A stretch of DNA of 64,000 bases, taken from IMG/VR virus record IMGVR_UViG_3300022841_000001; one strand, 5' to 3'. This DNA is from an uncultured virus (IMG/VR IMGVR_UViG_3300022841_000001) (taxonomy: Duplodnaviria; Heunggongvirae; Uroviricota; Caudoviricetes; Crassvirales). The translations under genes were made by a program, and so were the position numbers. Shown piece by piece: positions 19,292 to 24,400 of this stretch. Numbering within the stretch: the stretch's first letter is position 1; every line of letters begins with the position of its first letter. The notes beneath the pieces are model-generated. The model made no database searches. It saw nothing but the letters and a program-made list of their open reading frames with translations, and was not told where the DNA came from.

Positions 19292-19789
19292 TTACCCACC
19301 ATAATTACTATCTATCCAGTCACACAATATGTTCCTATTGTTATCGTCCAGCTCCATAAATAACTTGAAGAAGTTAAGTGTTCCACCAAAACTATTACTG
19401 GCGTTTAGACTCGTCCATTTAGAAGTTATGTGACCAGTCATATGCTCATTGTTTGACCAAACTTTCTGTATCCAGTCGTGAGGAAAATTGTTGGCGAAGT
19501 ACATAAATTTAATGATGTTGGAATTGCCTACAAAAACTGGCTCAACAACCTCAATCTCTTCAGACTCCCATTCTGTCCATAGGTATTCTTCGTTATTATA
19601 AGACTCATTTAGTAGGAATTCATCCGACAAAACCTCATCACCTTTTGATGTTATTTGTCTAGACTTAATCCATTGTATCAAGTCTGCTTCATATTTAAAT
19701 ATCTCGCCATCTTCACAAAGATATCCTTCAAAAATTCCTGCTCCAGTTGCGCTACACGTTCTTGGAAATACTACGTTTTGTTTTGTCAT
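19292..19789 (-). CDS. Hypothetical early protein
   Basis: 165-aa ORF, apparently two domains. Confidence 0.75.
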   Translation of the reverse strand: MTKQNVVFPRTCSATGAGIFEGYLCEDGEIFKYEADLIQWIKSRQITSKGDEVLSDEFLLNESYNNEEYLWTEWESEEIEVVEPVFVGNSNIIKFMYFANNFPHDWIQKVWSNNEHMTGHITSKWTSLNASNSFGGTLNFFKLFMELDDNNRNILCDWIDSNYGG

Positions 19790-19794
19790 AATTT

Positions 19795-19908
19795 CTATCT
19801 GTTTACTACGTTATAATTTGATGCTTTTGATGAACACTGGAAGCTTCCACAACTTGAAAACATTACCAATATAATTAACACTACTACTACTTTTAATTGT
19901 CTACTCAT
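19795..19908 (-). CDS. 37-aa lipoprotein (not in ORF track)
   Basis: MSRQLKVVVVLIILVMFSS|CGSFQCSSKASNYNVVNR: basic N-region, hydrophobic core, lipobox FSSC. Confidence 0.65.
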   Translation of the reverse strand: MSRQLKVVVVLIILVMFSSCGSFQCSSKASNYNVVNR

Positions 19909-19924
19909 TTTATCTATTTTTAAA

Positions 19925-20257
19925 TTAATATGCTGATGTTGCTCTTTTTTGAATGTTTTCAAATGTATCGTCCTCGTCTCTGTAATCCCTAGTTAAATTG
20001 TGGTAATACTTCATCAACTCTTTACCTATAGAGTCTAGCTCACCGAATCTGTCCACATACTGTAGTTGTAGCATTACATTAGATTCTTGAGACCTAATGG
20101 TATCATTCACCTGAATAGCTCCCATCATTCCACCACCTAAGTAGTTTTGATATGCCGACATTTTGTGACCCTTGAATCCTATTGATGTTAAACTAATTTC
20201 AACACCTCCACCTCTAGTTGAGGTTTCTTTTCTTACTGTCATTTTCTTAAAGTTCAT
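19925..20257 (-). CDS. Hypothetical early protein
   Basis: Start preceded by AACTACA; immediately downstream of hammerhead 1. Confidence 0.75.
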   Translation of the reverse strand: MNFKKMTVRKETSTRGGGVEISLTSIGFKGHKMSAYQNYLGGGMMGAIQVNDTIRSQESNVMLQLQYVDRFGELDSIGKELMKYYHNLTRDYRDEDDTFENIQKRATSAY

Positions 20258-20273
20258 TGTAGTTATAATTTAA

Positions 20274-20326
20274 GTTAATAACCACCATTGCTGGTGGTTT
20301 TCATCCTTCAGGAATCATCAGTTAAC
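20274..20326 (-). ncRNA. Type I hammerhead ribozyme 1
   Basis: GUUAA-CUGAUGA-UUCC UGAA GGAU-GAAA-ACCACCA GCAA UGGUGGU-UA-UUAAC; predicted cut after UUA, between 20279 and 20278. Confidence 0.9.
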
Positions 20327-20444
20327 CACTTACTGTTATTGTACCATTGGCGTAATGACTACATATTAATCCAGTTGGTAGTACTACCACCTTTACTTGT
20401 TTTGATTTAAAAATCGACTTTACTTTTCTTGCTATTAGTTTCAT
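20322..20444 (-). CDS. 40-aa basic protein (not in ORF track)
   Basis: MKLIARKVKSIFKSKQVKVVVLPTGLICSHYANGTITVSG; its stop codon lies in ribozyme stem I. Confidence 0.55.
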   Translation of the reverse strand: MKLIARKVKSIFKSKQVKVVVLPTGLICSHYANGTITVSG

Positions 20445-20445
20445 A

Positions 20446-21126
20446 TTATTCTAGTGTTTCTAATCTTTCGTTAACTTCTTTTAATGTGTATGTTTTTTCG
20501 CTATCTACGTAGTCTCTAAACTCTTCGATATAGCCTTCACTTATGTCTTGCCTCAGTTCGTAGTCGTCTTTATACTCAGACAGATACTCGTGAATTATTC
20601 CTTCAGAATGGTCGCCATATTTGAACAACTTAGCATCCGTGTATCCTCCTCTAGCATCTGCACCATTGTGTATCTGAATAAGAATATACTCCTCATCATT
20701 TATGGTTAGGTTAGAACCCTGAAGTATCTGAGACAAATCACTGTCACCGTTATAAGTGTTCCAGACTCTCTGCTCAATAACATCATTCTCAAAGGAGTTA
20801 ATGTGGTCAAATGCATTCCTGCTCACTCCGTAAGATTCACAGTCAGAATTCCAATCATCAGACTCTTCCTGAATCTCGTTAAACTCATCGCATAAATCAT
20901 CCAGCTGGAGGTTATTGGTTAGGTAATGAAACACAGATACTGTCCTCATTATATCACCTCTTTCCCAGTCGAATTCATAAACCTCCATTTCTTCATTGTT
21001 AAAATCCTCAATGGTCTTCTTTTGGTTTCTTTGCCAGCCTCTGCCTTCAGAAAATCCACTGTCACCCATCGCTTTACCAGTATTTTCGGTAAGCATTCCG
21101 TAAACTAATTTTTGTACTTGATTCAT
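20446..21126 (-). CDS. Hypothetical early protein (acidic)
   Basis: MLTENTG...DSG...RGWQRNQ, NTYNGDSDLSQILQ and QIHNGADARGGYTD segments. Confidence 0.8.
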   Translation of the reverse strand: MNQVQKLVYGMLTENTGKAMGDSGFSEGRGWQRNQKKTIEDFNNEEMEVYEFDWERGDIMRTVSVFHYLTNNLQLDDLCDEFNEIQEESDDWNSDCESYGVSRNAFDHINSFENDVIEQRVWNTYNGDSDLSQILQGSNLTINDEEYILIQIHNGADARGGYTDAKLFKYGDHSEGIIHEYLSEYKDDYELRQDISEGYIEEFRDYVDSEKTYTLKEVNERLETLE

Positions 21127-21147
21127 AATTGTAGTTAATTTAATTTA

Positions 21148-21200
21148 AGTTAATAGCCATTCGAAAATGGCTTTCATCCTTCAGGAATCGTCAGTTAACT
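21148..21200 (-). ncRNA. Type I hammerhead ribozyme 2
   Basis: AGUUAA-CUGACGA-UUCC UGAA GGAU-GAAA-GCCAUU UUCG AAUGGC-UA-UUAACU; predicted cut after CUA, between 21154 and 21153. Confidence 0.9.
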
Positions 21201-21405
21201 ATATTTTAAAGGTTAATACCTCGTTTATGTCATCAATTTCATTCTGAGTGAACAATATGAAATCAGAACCTATAGCCTGCTGGATGCAGTTTAGGTAAGC
21301 TCTTTTTAATTCATTTTCTGTAGGGTAATACTCATTCAGAACCTCATCTTCCTTCCATCTTTCAAACATCTTAGTGTTTGCATCTAATAATTCTTTAAAA
21401 GTCAT
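21199..21405 (-). CDS. Hypothetical early protein
   Basis: ATG at 21405; stop overlaps hammerhead 2 stem I. Confidence 0.65.
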   Translation of the reverse strand: MTFKELLDANTKMFERWKEDEVLNEYYPTENELKRAYLNCIQQAIGSDFILFTQNEIDDINEVLTFKI

Positions 21406-21426
21406 AATCAATAATTTAAGTTAATA

Positions 21427-21660
21427 TTATATTCTTGGTACAAAGTGTTCGTCTTTAGACATCAGCCCAACAAAATCGTGCATCACGTCATCCTGAGAAA
21501 ATAAAGATTCATCATCAAATAGCCTTTCAGCCCATTCAGGATTGTCCATTATAAGTATTGCACAAACGCCTTCCCTCGTTAATCGCTGGATGTCTGCAAA
21601 GTGGTCTAGTATCCCATCAGGAATAAGATTGTAAAGTAATTCTTCTTTTAATTCATTCAT
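21427..21660 (-). CDS. Small acidic early protein
   Basis: Start preceded by AACTACAATT. Confidence 0.7.
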   Translation of the reverse strand: MNELKEELLYNLIPDGILDHFADIQRLTREGVCAILIMDNPEWAERLFDDESLFSQDDVMHDFVGLMSKDEHFVPRI

Positions 21661-21673
21661 AATTGTAGTTGTT

Positions 21674-21940
21674 TTAGTATAATTCAGAGTTTTCGATTAA
21701 TTTAACTTGGTATGCTGGTAGCTCATTGCAGTAATCTTGATACTTATCAAACGAGTCTTCACATTTCTTGTTTATCCTGCGCCATTCACTGGTCTCATTC
21801 TCCTGCTGACCCTCAATCTCATCACGCAGTATGTTGAACGCATTATACTTCTCCAGCCACTGGATGGCTCTATTTAAATTTACCTGATTCTTCTTTGCTT
21901 TAGCTATCATCTTAGTTGTTTTTATGTGATTCATATGCAA
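21674..21940 (-). CDS. Hypothetical early protein (start uncertain)
   Basis: Packed ORF. Confidence 0.65.
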   Translation of the reverse strand: MHMNHIKTTKMIAKAKKNQVNLNRAIQWLEKYNAFNILRDEIEGQQENETSEWRRINKKCEDSFDKYQDYCNELPAYQVKLIENSELY

Positions 21941-22169
21941 TCATATCGTAAGCTGGTGAGTAATACTTCACGGTGCCATTGATGGAATTAATCTTTTCTA
22001 TTTTTGCCTCCAGCTCTATCTTTTTTCGGTAATCACTGTGCAGTATCTTGCTTGCATCTTCCGTAGTATAGATGATTGCTGACACTAGATTTGATATCAA
22101 ATCACTGCCGTTATAATACGTTAATTTGTCCTCCGTTAATACGTTCATTACTGTTGCTGATGTCTTCAT
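21912..22169 (-). CDS. Hypothetical early protein
   Basis: Packed ORF. Confidence 0.65.
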   Translation of the reverse strand: MKTSATVMNVLTEDKLTYYNGSDLISNLVSAIIYTTEDASKILHSDYRKKIELEAKIEKINSINGTVKYYSPAYDMIAYESHKNN

Positions 22170-22171
22170 AA

Positions 22172-22426
22172 TTATCTTAGTTTATTAATTAATATTCCCT
22201 CTAATCCTATTGCTACTAACGTGAATACAGTTATCATCTGAATTTTCGTCCATACACTGTTGTAAATTTGGTCTACAGTCATATAGCTCTCACTGTGTAT
22301 CTGAATGTCCAGCAACAATAGATTGTCTATCTCTATTATTCTACTGTATAAATCAAATCCTAACACAAATCCTGATACTATAAATACTCCTAACCCAATC
22401 GCAATCACTATTCCTAAAATTCTCAT
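22172..22426 (-). CDS. Early membrane protein (2 TM)
   Basis: Hydrophobic N- and C-terminal segments. Confidence 0.7.
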   Translation of the reverse strand: MRILGIVIAIGLGVFIVSGFVLGFDLYSRIIEIDNLLLLDIQIHSESYMTVDQIYNSVWTKIQMITVFTLVAIGLEGILINKLR

Positions 22427-22458
22427 ATCAATCTATTTTTAATTATTGTTACTATTAG

Positions 22459-22498
22459 TAAGAGTGCAGGAATCGAACCTGCATTAACCATTACTCTT
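22459..22498 (-). ncRNA. Mini tRNA-like element 3
   Basis: AAGAGT-AATGGTTAAT-GCAGG-TTCGATT-CCTGC-ACTCTT-A. Confidence 0.85.
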
Positions 22499-22509
22499 GG
22501 AAATTCATA

Positions 22510-22920
22510 CTACTTGATATAATCCTCCAGCTCCTTCCAGTCAGCTTGTGCATCTACCTTTCTTTCCTGCTCACGTACATCATCAATCAACTTCCCAACA
22601 GCTCGAACAATGTCAGTAGCACAAGATGATGAAGACATAACTGGATTACCAGCTACAGTAGTTACCCTGAGTGACCAAGTCGAGTCACCATATCGCATCA
22701 TATCAAGCGCATTCTTCTCGCTATTCTTTGTGAATTGCATAATGTATTTGTCACTGGTGATTATTACTTTCCACATTGCCTTTGTTCCCTGATTGTCTGT
22801 GGTCTCTATCACTGCTCCATCACATAGCATTCTATATGCTAGCTTTACATAGTCATATTCCATTTGGGTCATCTTTGATGCATTGAATTTCGGCATTACT
22901 ACTTTGATTGTGTTTCTCAT
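22510..22920 (-). CDS. Hypothetical early protein
   Basis: 136-aa ATG ORF. Confidence 0.75.
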   Translation of the reverse strand: MRNTIKVVMPKFNASKMTQMEYDYVKLAYRMLCDGAVIETTDNQGTKAMWKVIITSDKYIMQFTKNSEKNALDMMRYGDSTWSLRVTTVAGNPVMSSSSCATDIVRAVGKLIDDVREQERKVDAQADWKELEDYIK

Positions 22921-22922
22921 AA

Positions 22923-23027
22923 TTATTGGTTTCTTTTGTTATCGGTTAAAGTTATTATTATTAGTACTATTAAGGTGATAAATATCACTGGTATCATAAT
23001 GTTGGTAAACGTGTTAAGCATAATCAT
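22923..23027 (-). CDS. 34-aa single-TM peptide, probable first early gene (not in ORF track)
   Basis: MIMLNTFTNIMIPVIFITLIVLIIITLTDNKRNQ with an A/T-rich leader. Confidence 0.55.
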   Translation of the reverse strand: MIMLNTFTNIMIPVIFITLIVLIIITLTDNKRNQ

Positions 23028-23041
23028 AGTTATTAAATTAG

Positions 23042-23090
23042 TCACCAGTGTAGGTATTGCTCCTATAAAATGCTCACTGCATCACTGGTG
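23042..23090 (-). ncRNA. Three-way-junction, tRNA-like element 4
   Basis: CACCAGTG-[ATGC AGTGA GCAT]-TTTA-[TAGG AGCAATA CCTA]-CACTGGTG-A. Confidence 0.55.
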
Positions 23091-23520
23091 TTCTGTTCTC
23101 GCTATTCGGGGAGTCTTTATACTTTACCCAAGCAAAATTCATACATTACTTCAAAGCCCATTTAATCAAATCCGCTACTAGATGATTAAGATTCATTAAC
23201 CCCATCTACAGATGGTTAAACACTTGGTTATCGTGAAGGAGACCATTAGAAAGGCATTACCGTGACTGGCTTTAATCCTAATGGCTGACAGTGTTTTATG
23301 CTTTGATATCACTGTACTATATGGATTGACTTACTAAAGACGCTTGGTCTACACTACTTCGCTTGATAGATATGGATAGAGATACAATCCCGCATTTAAG
23401 CAGTTGGCTGATTGTGAGCAGGTTAAGAAGATATAGTTAAACCCTTACTTGAAGTAAGGTGATGTAACTGCCTGATTCTCAGTAGTTTAAGTCAATATGT
23501 CAATGAACTGGCGCCTAAGC
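23091..23520 (-). ncRNA. Long structured non-coding leader of the early transcript
   Basis: No credible ORF; nested complementary segments ATTGACTTA/TAAGTCAAT, GCAGTT/AACTGC, CCTTACT/AGTAAGG, AAACACT/AGTGTTT and CCATTAG/CTAATGG. Confidence 0.5.
23493..23508 (-). promoter_or_regulatory. boxA-like antitermination motif
   Basis: GTTCATTGACATATTG about 17 nt downstream of the putative early promoter; resembles rrn boxA. Confidence 0.55.
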
Positions 23521-23525
23521 GAGTA

Positions 23526-23533
23526 CAATTATA
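23526..23533 (-). promoter_or_regulatory. Putative early promoter -7 element
   Basis: cgTATAATTG (one mismatch to TAnnTTTG) just upstream of the boxA-like motif; no clear -33 element. Confidence 0.4.
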
Positions 23534-23910
23534 CGAAATATAAATCATTAATGAGCATAAAATGTGTATAATTATTGCATAATAATTGTATAATCACTGC
23601 TGGCAAGCAAATATTCCAAGCTACATAGTAATTTAATACACAGAACATACTCTAAGACTCCACCAGTTAACAAAGCAATATTGTCTAATTACGGGGTTAA
23701 TGCCTATGATACATTACGATACAAAGCTTTCGATGGGGTTTTAGGCAGAACCTCTGTTCTTGCCATTTATTAGACTTTCTTTCCTTTTGCCTTGGAATAG
23801 CCCAGTTATGATGACTCAGCCCAGCACAATCGCAGGTATTGCCTTCTTTATAATTGATACACCAGCATATCGGCTGGACAATATAGTATTAATGATAAAA
23901 CCAGCATATA

Positions 23911-24023
23911 ATCAACATAACCAACATAACCAACATGGAATCCTGCAGCAATCGACATGCATAACCAACATAAAGTCAACACAAATCCCGAAAAAATCAA
24001 CACAAAATGTCGAAAATCAACAC
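23911..24023. repeat. Cluster of CAACA(T/C) iteron-like repeats
   Basis: CAACATAAC tandem units with a 9-bp period, plus several TCAACAC copies. Confidence 0.7.
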
Positions 24024-24228
24024 AAAACAGACTAAAAACATCGGTTTTCTTTCGAGCAAGGTCGATCGTATAACCCCCTATAGCCCTCAACTTCTTTGTA
24101 TATTGACTTAAAAAAATTTTTTTTGCCTAAAAATGTTAATAATCAACACAACTATGGTGATTTCTAAAAATAATCAACACAACTTATCTATTTGATTATC
24201 AGTACTTTAGAGATACTATTTACTATTA

Positions 24229-24343
24229 ATGTTAATTATGTTGATTTTTCCTCGTAAAAAAAATAAAAAAAATAATATATTACACTATTCCTATACAGTA
24301 AAAACTATTTAAAAAAAGTGAAAAAAACCAACATTTTCAACAT
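24229..24343. other. Putative replication origin element B
   Basis: Same inverted-arm architecture and span as 13123-13236; preceded by an IHF-consensus site at 24197-24209. Confidence 0.5.
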
Positions 24344-24367
24344 TACTACTTTTCAATAATAAATTCT

Positions 24368-24375
24368 TATCTTTG
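24368..24375 (+). promoter_or_regulatory. Promoter -7 element for groEL
   Basis: TATCTTTG 25 nt before the ATG. Confidence 0.7.
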
Positions 24376-24400
24376 TTTAAATTAAATTAAATAGAATAAT

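Noticed and set aside
17308..22498. GGTTCGATTCC motifs as canonical tRNA genes or attP sites
   Set aside because: Only 10-11 nt separate the acceptor 5' strand from the T-arm, so no anticodon arm fits; no integrase was seen; the three stems differ in sequence. Reported instead as mini tRNA-like elements.
22936..23181. Plus-strand 81-aa ORF
   Set aside because: Antisense to the early transcript and overlaps a better minus-strand peptide and RNA structure
23911..24023. CRISPR array
   Set aside because: Repeats are 6-9 bp with no unique spacers of regular length, and no cas genes were seen
23760..24090. Track ORFs 23760-24035 (+) and 23848-24090 (-)
   Set aside because: Non-ATG starts; the NQHNQH peptide merely reflects the CAACATAAC DNA repeats
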